64,000 nucleotides of DNA from Pristiophorus japonicus (lineage: Eukaryota): assembly GCF_044704955.1 (NCBI RefSeq), contig NC_091984.1, positions 78,430,001-78,494,000 on the forward strand. Direction: 5' to 3'. Positions within the stretch are counted from its first letter, which is position 1. Every line of letters begins with the position of its first letter. A model generated the notes under the pieces. That model did not search any database. It saw nothing but the letters and a program-made list of their open reading frames with translations, and was not told the DNA's origin. Position numbers and translations under genes: made by a program. Shown in pieces: positions 36,800 through 49,779 of the stretch.

Positions 36800-37085
36800 C
36801 TGCCCTCTTGAGCATCCCTGATTATAACTGCTCAACCATTGGTGGCCGTGCTTTCAGCTGTTTGGGCTCTAAGCTCTGGAACTCCCTCCCTAAACCTCTC
36901 TGCCTTTCTACCTCTCTTTCCTCCTTTAAGACGCTCCTTAAAACTTACCTCTTTAACCAAGCTTTTGGTCATCTGCTGTAATTTCTTCCTATGTGGCTCA
37001 GTATCAAATGTATCTATTTTGTCTTGTAACACTGCTGTGAAGCACCTTGGAACATTTTACTAAAAGGTGTTATTGTTGTTGTTGT
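36800..37085 (+). mobile_element. L2-clade LINE 3' end
   Basis: STIGGRAFSCLGSKLWNSLP...FKTLLKTYLF followed by a (TTG)n tail. Confidence 0.85.
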
Positions 37086-38512
37086 ATTTTGAAAGTCACA
37101 GATGCCATTTTTGTCTTGCTACTGCCCCAAAGAGGAACAAAAGTGTCCACTCAGTTATGGCTACGCCCTATTTTGTAGTCAGGCCTGTGACGGGGTCTGA
37201 AGCACCTCCTGGAAACAGACAGGAGTTTCATTAAGGTATTCAAAAGGGGCATGGGAATAAGAATAGACAGGAAGGAATTTAAAAGGCCCATTCACTTTTG
37301 ATGTAAGTGCATTAAGCCCTTTAAAGGCAGTACTTGACGTTTTTTCTTGTTCCTAGCTGGCTTTCATCACAAAATTACAGTGGCCTGCTGCCAGCCTGTT
37401 CTTGACGCCCCCCGAGATTGGCTCCTCCCTAAACTGGCCTGAAATGCCGGTGGCTCCACACAGAAGCTGGACAGTTTTCAGGGTTCCAAAACCAGCGAGT
37501 GGCAGCAGAGTGTTTGGCACCTGTAATTTGCCGGTTAAATTCAAATGTGACTCGAACCTGGAAATGGTTCAGGCCTCCCGACAGTGGCTTTGGGCAAGCA
37601 CTGTGGATACACCACCAGCTTCACGCTTACTTGGAGCCAAAGTTAACAATGATGCCAATGATCACTGTGGTATTAGCATGAAGTTCTTGAACGTGTACAC
37701 GTAGATCTTTCTGAATTGAAACAGAACTCAACTGACTGCTTCAAAGGCGGGTCGGCCTTACAGCAGTTAAGTGCAGAATAGTGAGAGCAGGAAATTCTTG
37801 GCAGTATCTTTTGTATGGAAAAAGTAATAATCTGAAATAGACCTGCAGGGGTCATCAAGCAAAAGATTTTATTTTGTTATTAAGTGAAGAAATCAAGCAT
37901 TGTTTATTTCTCATTATATGAATTAGGCCAGTGTTAGATTAGAACATTAATAGAACATTATTAGAACACATAAGTAGTTGATTTGGTCCACGAGGAACAC
38001 TGAAGTTGCTTGAGATGAAGATGTTTTAAAATTGATTTTACGCAATCAAATTCAATTTTTAAAATGTTGAGGAGGCCAATGAAAGAAGATATAACTCTCT
38101 TGCCTATTTTAGACTGAAGGAGAAGTCAACTTTTTACTCAAGGTACTCTCTCTCCATTTGTGGAGAAACATTAGCCGAGAAATTTGATTAGGCTGGAAAG
38201 TTGCCAGTGTCACCGTGGGCTGAAATTAACGGCCGCTCGCATAAAGAATGCAGTTAGCATCGGTATTTTGGTGCTGCCTGCTGATTTACATTAGCACAGT
38301 GCCAAATCTGCAGTGTCACAAACTGTTTCAGGCGGTAGTCTCAGCAGGAGGCCCAATATAGCGTGGCCATAGCATCACTGGAGTGAGGCAGCGTTCCCTT
38401 AAAGCGAACCTTACATTTGAGAAAGCAGTGTCGATCTCTTAAAGGGGAACTGCCTTGTAAAATGAAAAGAATAAACATTTTTAAAATAGGCTGTCTTTAG
38501 CCCTTTGGCGGC

Positions 38513-39945
38513 TTTAAAAAAAAGGAGGGAGAGAGAAAACGGGCAATTATAGATCGGTTAGCCTGACATCAGTAGTGGGGAAAATGTTGGAATCAATCAT
38601 TAAGGATGAAATAACAGCGCATTTGGAAAGTAGTGACAGGATCGGTCCAAGTCAACATGGATTTATGAAAGGGAAATTATGCTTGACAAATCTTCTGGAA
38701 TTTTTTGAAGATGTAACTAGTAGAGTGGATAAGAGAGAACCAGTGGATGTGGTGTATTTGGACTTTCAAAAGGCTTTTGCCAAGGTCCCACACAAGAGAT
38801 TGGTGTGCAAAATCAAAGCACATGGTATTGGGGGTAATGTACTGACGTGGATAGAGGACTCGTTGGCAGACAGGAAGCAGAGAGTCGGGATAAACGGGTC
38901 CTTTTCAGAATGGCAGGCAGTGACTAGTGGGGTGCCGCAGGGCTCAGTGCTGGGACCACATTACAATATACATTAATGATTTAGATGAAGGAATTGAGTG
39001 TAATATCTCAAAGTTTGCAGATGACACTAAACTGGGTAGTGGTGTGAGCTGTGAGGAGGATGCAAAGAGGCTGCAGACTTGGACAGGTTAGGTGAGTGGG
39101 CAAATGCATGGCAGATGCAGTATAATGTGGATAAATGTGAGGTTATCCACTTTGGGGGCAAAAACACAAAGGCAAAATATTATCTGAATGGCGACAGATT
39201 AGGAAAAGGAGAGGTGCAATGAGACCTGGCTGCCATGGTACATCAGTCATTGAAAGTTGGCATGCAGGTACAGCAGGCGGTAAAGAAGGCAAATGGTATG
39301 TTGGCCTTCATAGCTAGGGGTTTTGAGTATAGGAGCAGGGAGGTCTTACTGCAGTTGTACAGGCCCTTGATGAGGCCTCACCTGGAATATTGTGTTCAGT
39401 TTTGGTCTCCTAATCTGAGGAAGGACGTTCTTGCTATTGCGGGAGTGCAGTGCAGGTTCACCAGACTGATTCCCGGGATGGCTGGACTGACATATGAGGA
39501 GAGACTGGATCGACTGGGCCTTTATTCACTGGAGTTTAGAAGGATGAGAGGGGATCTCATAGAAACATATAAAATTCTGACGGGACTGGACAGGTTAGAT
39601 GCAGGAAGAATGTTCCCGATGTTGGGGAAGTCCAGAACCAGGGGACACAGTCTAAGGATAAGAGGTAAGCCATTTAGGACTGAGGTGAGGAGAAACTTCT
39701 TCACTCAGAGAGTTGTTAACCTGTGGAATTCCCTACCACAGAGAGTTGTTGATGCCAGTTCATTGGATATATTCAAGAGGGAGTTAGATGTGGCCTTAAG
39801 GCTAAAGGGATCGAGGGGTATGGAGTGAAAGCAGGAAAGGGGTATTGAGGTGAATGATCAGCCATTATCTTATTGAATGGTGGTGCAGGTTCGAAGGGCC
39901 GAATGGCCTACTCCTGCACCTATTTTCTATGTTTCTATGTTTCTT
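38513..39945 (+). mobile_element. CR1 LINE, 5'-truncated
   Basis: ORFs 38575-38976 and 39235-39828; KFADDTKL; tail (TTTCTATG)n. Confidence 0.93.
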
Positions 39946-40189
39946 TGTTAGCTCAACTGCCACCTGAAAAAAAAACATTAAAAATAATTCCGATATGGCA
40001 GACCTCAGCTCTTAAAGCTGAACGGCCTTCTGCATGTAAAAGAAATGGTAAATATGCATCAACACCAACAAAAATGGCTCAACATACCAGGTAAGGGGTA
40101 CCCAGGGTCTCACACGCAGCACTCCAGCTTTGTGCAGGGGGCCAACACTGCAAGAGAGCTCCTCTGCCCACAGGCGCCCTCCAGAAAGA

Positions 40190-40545
40190 GCGATGTGGGA
40201 CCAGATGCTGAGAGATTGTTGCCCCTGGCTGGAGTGTCTAGAACTAGGGGGCATTGTCTCAGAATAAGGGGCTAGCCTTTTAAGACTGAGATGAGGAGGA
40301 ATTTCTTCACTCAGAGGGTGATGAATCTTTTGAATTTTCTACCCCAAAGTGCTGTGGCTGCTCAGTTGTTGAGCATATTCAAGGCTGAAATAGATAGATT
40401 TTTGGACTCTAGAGAAATCAAAGAATATGGGAATAGGGTGGGAAAGAGAAGTTGAGGTCAAAGATCAGCCATGATCTTATTGAATGGTGAAGCAGGCTCC
40501 AGGGGCCGAATGGCCAACTCCTGATCCTAATTCTTATGTTCTTAT
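40190..40545 (+). mobile_element. CR1 LINE 3' fragment
   Basis: DAERLLPLAGVSRTRGHCLRIRG and tail TTCTTATGTTCTTA. Confidence 0.85.
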
Positions 40546-41055
40546 ATCACGGAGATCGTCATGACCAGCAATGTCTCCCCCACCACCTGGATCCAAAGAA
40601 GTTTCATGACCTCAGACCACTGGTCAAAGTTAGTGAATGAATCTTCAAAAGCCATCTCCTACCAACTGCACCACTCGCCTCACACACTGCCCATTGCACA
40701 ACCGCACTGCCCCCGCCCCCAATCACTCAACTACCAACAATTTGTACCAAACACAAGGCACACCTCCCATTCCTAGCTTCACCTCACCCCCTTGGAGGAG
40801 ATGGTGCTGGGCATTCTTGACAGGAGCATGGCTGAGCCTTTGGCCAGTGACAAGGCTGAAAGGATACAAGATAGTGCAATCCTCATATGTTATCCTACTT
40901 CTCACTTCCCCCTCATCCCACAATCTCTTCTGATTTACAAGGTGCACATGATGTAAGCTTGCAACTCTTGCTTTTGCCACCCTCCCCTCACCACAACTCT
41001 GCCCTTCTCATTTCACACACCCAAGAAATCCAGCCTGCCCAGCCAGTGTGTTTTT

Positions 41056-41540
41056 ATATTCGTTCTTGGGATGTGGGTATCGCTAGCAAAGCCAGCATTT
41101 ATTGTCCATCCCTAATTGCCCTTGAGAAGGTGGGGGTGAGCCACCTACTTGAACTGCTACAGTCCGTGTGGTGAAGGTACTTCCACAGTGCTGCTAGGGA
41201 GGGAGTTCCAGGATATTGACCCAGCGACTATGAAGGAACGGCAATATATTTCTAAGTCGGATGATGTGTGACTTGGAGGGGAACTTGGAGGTGGTGGTGT
41301 TTCCATACACCTGCTGCCCTTGTTCTTCTAGGTAGAAGAGGTCACGGGTTTGGGAGGTGCTGCCAAAGAAGCTTTGGCGAGTTGCTGCAGAGCATCTTGT
41401 GGATGGTGCACACTGCAGCAACGGTGTACTGGTGGTGGAGGGCATGATGTTTAAGGTGGTAGATGGGGTGCCAATCAAGCGAGCTGCTTTGTCCTGAATG
41501 GTGTCGAGCTTCTTGACTGTTGTTGGAGCTGCATTCATCC
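41056..41540 (-). mobile_element. CR1-group LINE 3' fragment (SINE-partner type)
   Basis: AAPTTVKKLDTIQDKAARLIGTPS RT C-terminus; 3' end similar to that of the SINE at 3290. Confidence 0.75.
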
Positions 41541-42120
41541 TTTGGCTTTTGTTTCAGGATTATGGCCAAGAGGAGGCTGTGATGATCAGTAACCGAGGGA
41601 AGGTAAGGTGTGGGGCAAATGTTGAAAGGGGAATTGGGGTTGTGGTCACTGTTACCGCAGAAGGATGATTCCATCCTGGATATCCCAGTCAGAAAGGGGC
41701 TATCTGGGTTGCATCCTTCCTTCTGTTTACTCCTCTTCTGCGTCTTCCTCTTTTGCATCTTCGTCTTCCCTCTGCGAGCGGAAGCTGTAAATCTGAAATT
41801 ACAGTGTAAAATGCTGGACATACTCAGCTGGCCAGGCAGCATCTTGACTTGAGAAGTGAACTTTGTTTCTCTCTCCACAGATGCTGCCTGTCCTGATGAG
41901 CATTTGCAGCATTTTCTGTCATCTCAGAGGCCTTCCTTTTACCACTCAAAGCCTTGCAAGCATCCAGCAGCACTCACTGCACTACCTGCATACTTTAACA
42001 ACTTTTGACATCTTTTGCACCAAGATACTACTTCAATAAAATATATATATTTAAAAACTTAAAGGCAAATGTGCTTGAAAAATGTGTGCATCCCTTTAAG
42101 AAGCACTGACAGCATCTCTG

Positions 42121-45100
42121 TGTTCTGTCTTGGATAAGGAGTCAGACTAGATACTGCAAGCTCAAAGTAAGTGTGACAGTAGTCCTTTATTACAGATCGC
42201 AGATTGTCTCTCCAGCCTCCGAGGCCTCCTGAAAAACAGGTGCTCCCAAGGGATTGTGGGATCTATTGGGACTCCAGGGGATAAGCCCTCTGGTGGTAAG
42301 ACATGGTAATTACAGGTTTCCATACATAACAACACTCCCCCCCCACCCCCCAAAGTCAATAGTGTAATTATTTACAATGTGAATCGATCTGGGGCCTGGG
42401 TTGATCATCTTGGTGCAAATGCTGGTGTTGGTGAATCGTTTGTTGGGCATTCGCTGGGCTGCTGCGCAGCTGGCCTTGCTGGGCTGCTGGGGGTGGTGAG
42501 TCTTGCTGGACTGCTGGGGGTGGTGAGTCTTGCTGGGCTGCTGGGAGTGGTGAGCCTTGCTGGACTGCTGGGGGTGGTGAGCCTTGCTGGACTGCTGGGG
42601 GTGGTGAGTCTTGCTGGGCTGCTGGGGGTGGTGAGCCTTGATGGGCTGCTGGGGGTGGTGAGTCTTTCTGGACTGCTGGGGGTGGTGAGTCTTGCTGGAC
42701 TGCTGGGGGTGGTGAGCCTTGCTGGACTGCTGGGGGTGGTGAATCTTGCTGGGCTGCTGGGGGTGGTGAGCCTTGCTGGACTGCTGGGGGTGGTGAGTCT
42801 TGCTGGACTGCTGTGGGTGGTGAGCCTTGCTGGGCTGCTGCGGGTGGTGAGCCTTGCTGGGCTGCTGGGGGTGGTGAGTCTTGCTGGGCTGCTGCGGGTG
42901 GTGAGCCTTGCTGGGCTGCTGCGGGTGGTGAGCCTTGCTGGGCTGCTGGGGGTGGTGAGTCTTGCTGGGCTGCTGGGGGTGATGGGTTCTGCTTCATGGT
43001 CAACCGCTGGGTCGGTTGCCACTTGAGTGTGTGTTGGAGGGTCGAAAAAGGTAGAGTCTATTGTGGGTTGTTCTGGATAGTCCGTAAATCTGAGTTTGGT
43101 TTGGTCCAAGTGTTTTCTGCAGGTGTGTCCATTTGCGAGTTTGACAACAAACACCCTACTCCCCTCTTTGGCCAAAACAGTGCCAGCAATCCACTTGGGA
43201 CCTTGTCCATTGTTCAACACAAATACAGGATCATTTATGTCAATTTCGCATGACACATTAGCGTGATCATGATATGTATTCTGTTGAAGCTTCCTGCTCT
43301 CTACCTGTTCATGTAGATCAGGGTGGACTACCGAAAGCCTTGTCTTAAGTGCCTTTTCATGAGCAGTTCAGTGGGAGGGACCCCGGTGAGCGAGTGGGGT
43401 CTTGTGCGGTAACTAAGCAGGGCTCGGGATAAGCAAGTCTGCAGTGAGCCTTCCGTTACCCTTTTCAAGCTCTGCTTGATTGTTTGAACTGCTCGTTCTA
43501 ACTGATCATTGGACGCTGGCTTAAACAGGGCAGACGTGACATGTTTGACCCCATTGCGGGTCATGAATTCCTTGAATTCGGCACTGGTAAAGCACGGACA
43601 ATTGGTACTTACAAGGACATCAGGCAGGCCGTGTGTGGCAAACATGTCCCGTAGGCTTTCAATGGGCAGTAGGCAGCAGACATGCTTGCCTACATTATCA
43701 CACATTCAATCCACTTGGAGTACGCATCTACAACCACTAAAAACATTTTACCCAAGAATGGGCCTGCATAGTCGACATGAACCCAAGGCCACGGTTTGGA
43801 GGGCCAAGACCATAAACTTAGTGGCGCCTCCCTGGGTGCGTTGCTTAACTGGGAACATGTATTACATTTGTGCCAACAGGACTCTAAGTCTGCATCGATA
43901 CTGGGCCACCACACATGGGATCCGGCTATCGCTTTCATCATTACAATGCCTGGGTGGGTACTGTGGAGATCACTAATGAAAGTGTCCCTGACCTTTTTTG
44001 GCACAACTACCTGATTACCCCATAGGAGGCAGTCTGCCTGTATAGACATTTCATCTTTGTGCTGCTGGTACAGCTTTATTTCTTCCTGCATCTCTAACGG
44101 GACACTGGACAACTCCCGTGGAGCACACAGTTTTTTACTAAAGACAGTGAGGGATCCTGGCTTGTCCAGGTTTTAATCTGTCGGGCGGTAACAGGTGATT
44201 GCTCACTCTCGAATGCTTCCATTACCATAACTAAATCTGCAGGCTGTGCCATCTGCACCCCTGTGGTGGCCAACGGTAGCCTGCTGAGAGCAGCGGCACA
44301 GTTTTCTGTGCCTGGTCTGTGGCGGATGGCATAGTTGTATGTGGACAATGTGAGCGCCCATCTCTGGATGCGGGCCGATGCATTCGTATTTATCCCTTTA
44401 TTTTCAGGAAAGAGGGATATAAGCGGCTTATGGTAGGTTTCCAATTCAAATTTGAGCCCGAACAGATATTGATGCATTTTCTTTACCCCGTAAACACACG
44501 CCTACGCTTCTTTTTCGATCATGCTGTAGGCACTCTCGGCCTTAGACAGACTTCTGGATGCATAAGCAACCGGTTGCAATTTCCCAAATTCATTAGCTTG
44601 TTGCAATACACACCTGACCCAGTACAACGACACATCACATGCTAGTACCAAACGTTTACATGGATTATACAACACAAGCAATTTGTTTGAACAGAACAAC
44701 TTCCTAGCTTTCTCAAAGGCATTTTCTTGGCTTTTATCCCATACCCATTCATCTCCTTTACGCAGTAAAGCGTGCAGGGGTTTTAACAATGTGCCAAGAC
44801 CCAGTAAGAAGTTATCAAAATAGTTCAGGAGTCCTAGAAACGACTGCAGCTCCGTCACGTTCTGTGGTCTTGGTGCGTTCTTGATTGCCTCCGTCTTCGA
44901 ATCGGTGGGCCTGATGTCGTCCGCTGTGATTCTTCTCCCCAGGAACTCCACTTCAGGTGCCAAGAAATGCACTTCGAGCATTTTAGCCGGAGCCCCACAC
45001 AATTGAGCCGACTAAGAGCCTCCTCCAGGTTCTGCAGGTGCTCGACGGTGTCCCGTCCTGTAACCAAGATGTCATCCTGGAAGACCACGGTGCACGGGAC

Positions 45101-47136
45101 CGACTTCAGCAAGCTTTCCATGTTCCCCTGGAGTATCGCCGCGGCCGATCAAATCCCAAACAGGCATCTGTTTTAAATGAAAAGACCTTTGTGCATGTTG
45201 ATGCAGCTGAGGCCTTTCGAAGATTCCTCCAGCTCCTGCGTCATGTAGGCCAAGGCCAAGTCCAGCTTCGTGAACGTTTTCCCTCCCGCCAGCGTCGCAA
45301 TTAAGTCGTCTGCCTTTGGTAGCAGGTATTGATCCTGCAGTGAGAAACGATTGATAGTTACTTTGTAATCACCACAGATTCTGATGGTGCCGTCTCCCTT
45401 GAAGACTGGAACAATCGGACTGGCCCACTCATTGAATTCAATTGGCGAAATGATGCCCTCTCGTTGCAGCCTGTCCAGCTCGATCTCCACCCTCTCTCTC
45501 ATCATGTAAGGTTCCGCTGTCGCCTTGTGATGGTTGGGTCACGCCCCCGGAATCAAATGGATCTGCACTTTTGCTCCTTGGAACTTCCAGATGCCTGGTT
45601 CGAACAGCGAGGGGAACTTGCTTAGGGCCTGGGCACATGAGGTGTCGTCAACGGACGAAAGCACTCGGACGTCGTCCCAGTTCCAGCGTATCTTTCCCAG
45701 CCAGCTCCTGCCGAACAACGTGGGGCCATCGCCCGGTACCACCCAGAGTGGTAAATCGTGCACCGCTCCATCGTAGGAAACCTTTACGGTAGCTCTGCCA
45801 ATTACAGGAATCAGTTCCTTTGTATACGTTCTAAGTTTGGTACGAATGGGAGTCAGGACTGGCCTTGAAGCCTTGTTGCAACACAACTTATCAAAAGTTT
45901 TTTTACTCATTATGGACTGGCTTACACCCGTATCCAGCTCTATGGACACCGGGAGTCCATTTAATTCAACCTTCAGCATTATCGGGGGACACTTTGTGGT
46001 AAATGTGTGCACCCCATATACCTCTGCCACCGCGGTCTGAGGCTCTGGTTCATCATGATCTACCATGGATCTGTCCTCCTCTGCAATATGGTGGTTTGCA
46101 GGATTAGCAGGGTTTGCAGCTCGTTTGCACATACATTGGAGGTGTCCCATTGTTCCACAGCTCTTGCAAACGTACCCTTTGAAGCGGCATGAATGGAATT
46201 GATGATCACCCCACAGCGCCAACAAGGTGCTAATTGCCTTGTATTCACCACCCTTGATGGCAGACTCTGAGTCATCTTCGGACATGCAGCTACAGGCGTG
46301 TAAGTCCTGCCATGTACATTTCGATTCAAAAACAATGTTACTTTGTTCACAGTATTTGCAGCAGCACTAATGTGCTGGGAAATTTGTTTGGTATTGTCAC
46401 TGGTGGAGATAAACGTCTGGTCTAGCGCTATGACTTTACTCAAGGTTGGGGTTTCTACAGTCAACAGTTTGCGAAGTATTACTTCATGGCCAATGCCAAT
46501 ACAAAGAAGTCCCTGAGAATGTGCTCCAAGTGTCCTTCAAATTCGCAATGACCTGCAAGGCGCCTTAGCTCGGCAACGTAGTTCGCCACTTCCTGGCCTT
46601 CAGACCTCTTGTACATGTCGAACCGATACCTCGCCATCAGAACGCTTTCCTTCGGGTATAGATGCTCCCGGACCAGTGTGCACAACTCATTGTACAACTT
46701 GTCTGTGGGTTTTGCTGGAGCGAGCAGGTTTTTCATGAGGCCATACGTTGGTGCCCCGCAAACGTTGAGGAGGATCGCCCTTCATTTGGCAGCGTTCCCT
46801 TCTCCTTTCAGCTCATTGGCCACCAAATATTGGTCAAGTCGCTCTCCCTCTGAAAATTTCTCCAGGATGCCCACAGTTATCTGCATTGTTGCATTGGGGT
46901 TCATCATCCGTATCTCGTCGCCAGTTGTTATGTCTTAGATAAGAAGTCAGACTAGATACTGCAAGCTCAAAGTAAGTGTGACCGTAGTCCTTTATTACAG
47001 ATCTCAGAGTGTCTCTCCAGCCTGTGAGGCCTTCTTATATACAGGTGCTCCCAAGGGATTGTGGGATTCCTTGGGACACCAGGGGATAAGCCCTCTGGTG
47101 GTTAGACATGGTAATTATAGATTTACATACATAACA
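42121..47136 (-). mobile_element. Ty3/Gypsy LTR retrotransposon D (complete layout, degenerate)
   Basis: LTRs 42121-42331 and 46926-47136; TSD CTCTG; PBS TGGCGACGAG; gag, DTG, FQDD, RH and IN fragments. Confidence 0.95.
42473..42982. repeat. 27-bp minisatellite, ~19 copies, in the integrase C-terminal tail of D
   Basis: (T/C)CTTGCTGG(A/G)CTGCTGGGGGTGGTGAG; reads SSPARLTTP in the pol frame. Confidence 0.95.
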
Positions 47137-47539
47137 CTCTGCAGGGCTGCTTCACGCACGCTTTTCTGTGCGTGCTTAGGACCCGGTGTAATGATGAGCA
47201 AAATTGTCCAAACTAGCAGCCCTGGTGTCAAGTCGAGTGTTGAACGGCGATTGATGTCACAATCTGCTCATTTACATTTGAGAAGCCAGCGTTATCAACG
47301 GCCCTTACCAAAATGGCGGTCACTGTGTCCTGCACCAAAAGCAGGCGGAAGTGACACAGCTGTCAATTTTTTGAGAAAACCAGCATTAATGTCATTCAAT
47401 TTCTAGGCCATGGTGCTTTATAACTTTTATCTCATTCCTAGATCTCAAAAGATAATCGGCTGAAAATTCGGTATTGCGTCGCAAGCTATATTGGGCTTAC
47501 CACCCCCAACAGGAACTGCTGCATAAAATCAGAGCCTGT

Positions 47540-48780
47540 ATTGTGGTGCCCACATTACCACACCTTACCTTCCCTCTGTTACTGACCATCACAATGTCCT
47601 CTTGGCCAAAATGCTGAAATAAAAGCCACCACAAAGCAAACTTTCCAATTTAACTTTATGCATATATGCATCCAATATGACACCAAGAAATCAACTAATC
47701 ACCCTTGTGCATTCCCTTAGTGACTGTCTTGTGTGTGCCCTTGCCTATCCTACTGATGTCATGCAGTGCAGCATGGCTGGTCTTCTCTCTTCTTGGTCAC
47801 CCACTGGCTGGGTAGGCTGCATTTCCTTGGTGTCTGAAATGAGGAAGGCACAAGAGTATAGTTGTGGTGAGGGGAGGGCGGGAAATCAAGAGTTGCATGC
47901 TTACACCATGTGACCCTTGGAACGAGATTGTGAGATGAGGAGGAAGCGGGATGTGAGAAGGAAAATAACATATGAGAATACCAACATCTTGTATCCTTTC
48001 AGCACTGAAGCTGACCAAGGGCTCAGCCACACCCTTGCCAAGAATAGTCAGCAATGTCTCCTCCAAGGGGGTGAGGTGAAGCTAGGAATGGGAGGTGGAG
48101 GTGTACCTCAAGATTGCTAGAGATTGTTCGTAGGTGAGTTATGGGGAAGGTCGTGCAATGAGCAGTGTGTGACGCTAGTGGTGCTGTTGGTAGGAGACGG
48201 CTTTTGAAGATAGCTTCACTGACCTTGACCACAGGTCTGAGGTCATGAAACTTCTTTGGGCACTGGAGCCAGGTGCTGGGGGTGACACTGCTGGCAGTGA
48301 TAGCTGTGGTGAGCTGGTCTCGCATCCTTCTTTCTGGAGGACCTCCTGGTTTCCTGTGGGAAGAGAACCTCTCTTGCATTGTTGATCTCCCGCACAAAGC
48401 TGGAGTGCTGCGTGCAAGACCCTGGGTGCCCCTTACCTGTCTTGTTGAACTATTTGCGTTAGCGCTGATGCACATTTACCATTTTGTTACATGCAGAAGG
48501 CAGTTCAGCTTTAAGAGCTGAAGACAGCCATTTCGGAATTATTTTTAATGTTTTTTTTTCAGAAATCAGTTGACCTCAAAGCACTAAAGACTGTCTATTT
48601 TCAAATGATTTTCATTTTACAAGGCAGTTCTCCTTTAGGGGATTAACAGTGCTTTCTAAAATGACAAGCTGACTTTGGAGAACGCTGCCTTGCTCCAGGG
48701 ACGCTATGGCCATGCCACATTTAGTCCCCTGCTGAGACTACTGCCAGAAATAATACGTTACACTGCAGGTTTTGCACTGT
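47540..48780 (-). mobile_element. Second copy of the same old Harbinger-like family (Myb relic)
   Basis: TWLQCPKKFHDLRPVVKVSE Myb-like end; reverse-complement similarity to 38297-38510, 39950-40190, 40555-41040 and 41542-41620. Confidence 0.7.
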
Positions 48781-49534
48781 TTCCCTGCATCCTGCCAAGG
48801 GATATGAAAGAAAGTGGAGGCCCTATTCAAGCTGGATTTGGACTTTTTATATAGTGGCTAAGGAAAAAAGAAGCTTTTGATATGAAAGAGGAAACTAAGC
48901 TTCTGCTATACTAGAATAAAATGAGAGTTAAATAAGTTACAGGAAAATTATCACTGCTTCATCAAATATGTTAAATAGACATAAGAATAGATTTTCTTCC
49001 ATCTTCTAATTTTGATGAAAAAGTTAACGCAAGTTATACAGCAGTGTTCCCCTATTTCCTTGTTAAAATTAGTGAGCAGAGGAAAATACATTCTATAGGG
49101 CTCAATTTTCCCCAAGCCCATTTTCTGGCATATTGCCAGAGTTACGCCGAGTTTTCTAGGCCAGAAATGCGCCAGAAATATTTTGCCAAACTTTCCCCGA
49201 TGTATAATTTGAACTTGGCGCCACGCAGCGTGTCCAGTCACCTCGGGGGGTGGAGCCTGCTGTCTGCGCCCAAAAATGAAGCCTCACCTTCTGCGCATGC
49301 GCGGGAAAAAAAGCTACGTTTTTGACGTCGTTGCAATGGACCCGCATGCTCAGTACAGCTCAGATTCGGCAATCGCCCATTTTTAAATAGCCAGTTGTGT
49401 GTGTGAGAAGGAGTGCTGTGTGACAGCATTGGAAAAATCGCAGCTGCAGCAATACAAGATGCAACACAAGTGCAAGGACCAAGAATTTCTTCCAGGAAGA
49501 AGTGGAGGCACTAGTTACTGTGATTGAGAACAGG

Positions 49535-49770
49535 TAAGAACATATGAACACAAGAAATAGGAACAGGAGTAGGCCATACGGCCTCTCGAGCCTGCTTCAC
49601 CATTCAATTAGATCATGGACTCAGCTCCACTTCCCTGCCCGCTCCCCATAACCCCTTATCCCCTTATCGTTTAAGAAACTGTCTATTTCTGTCTTAAATT
49701 TATTCAATGTCCCAGCTTCCACAGCTCTCTGAGGCAGCGAATTCCACAGATTTACAACCCTCTGAGAGAA
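49535..49770 (-). mobile_element. CR1 3' fragment
   Basis: Highly similar to 33822-34055. Confidence 0.85.
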
Positions 49771-49779
49771 GGAGCTGGA

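Larger units (their letters stand above)
38218..47409 (+). mobile_element. Old Harbinger-like element, interrupted by CR1/LINE and Gypsy D insertions
   Basis: Imperfect TIRs GGCTGAAATT and AATTTCTAGGCC; decayed Myb-like coding at ~40070-40640; unique parts align in reverse with 47540-48780. Confidence 0.55.

Noticed and set aside
41775-41920. Inverted-repeat unit (AAAATGCTGG...CAGCATTTT) as an ncRNA
   Set aside because: The same motif recurs at ~14970 and ~19600, so it is an interspersed repeat
42368-43026. Mucin-like and LAGLLGVVS membrane-like ORFs
   Set aside because: Alternative frames of the 27-bp minisatellite in Gypsy D
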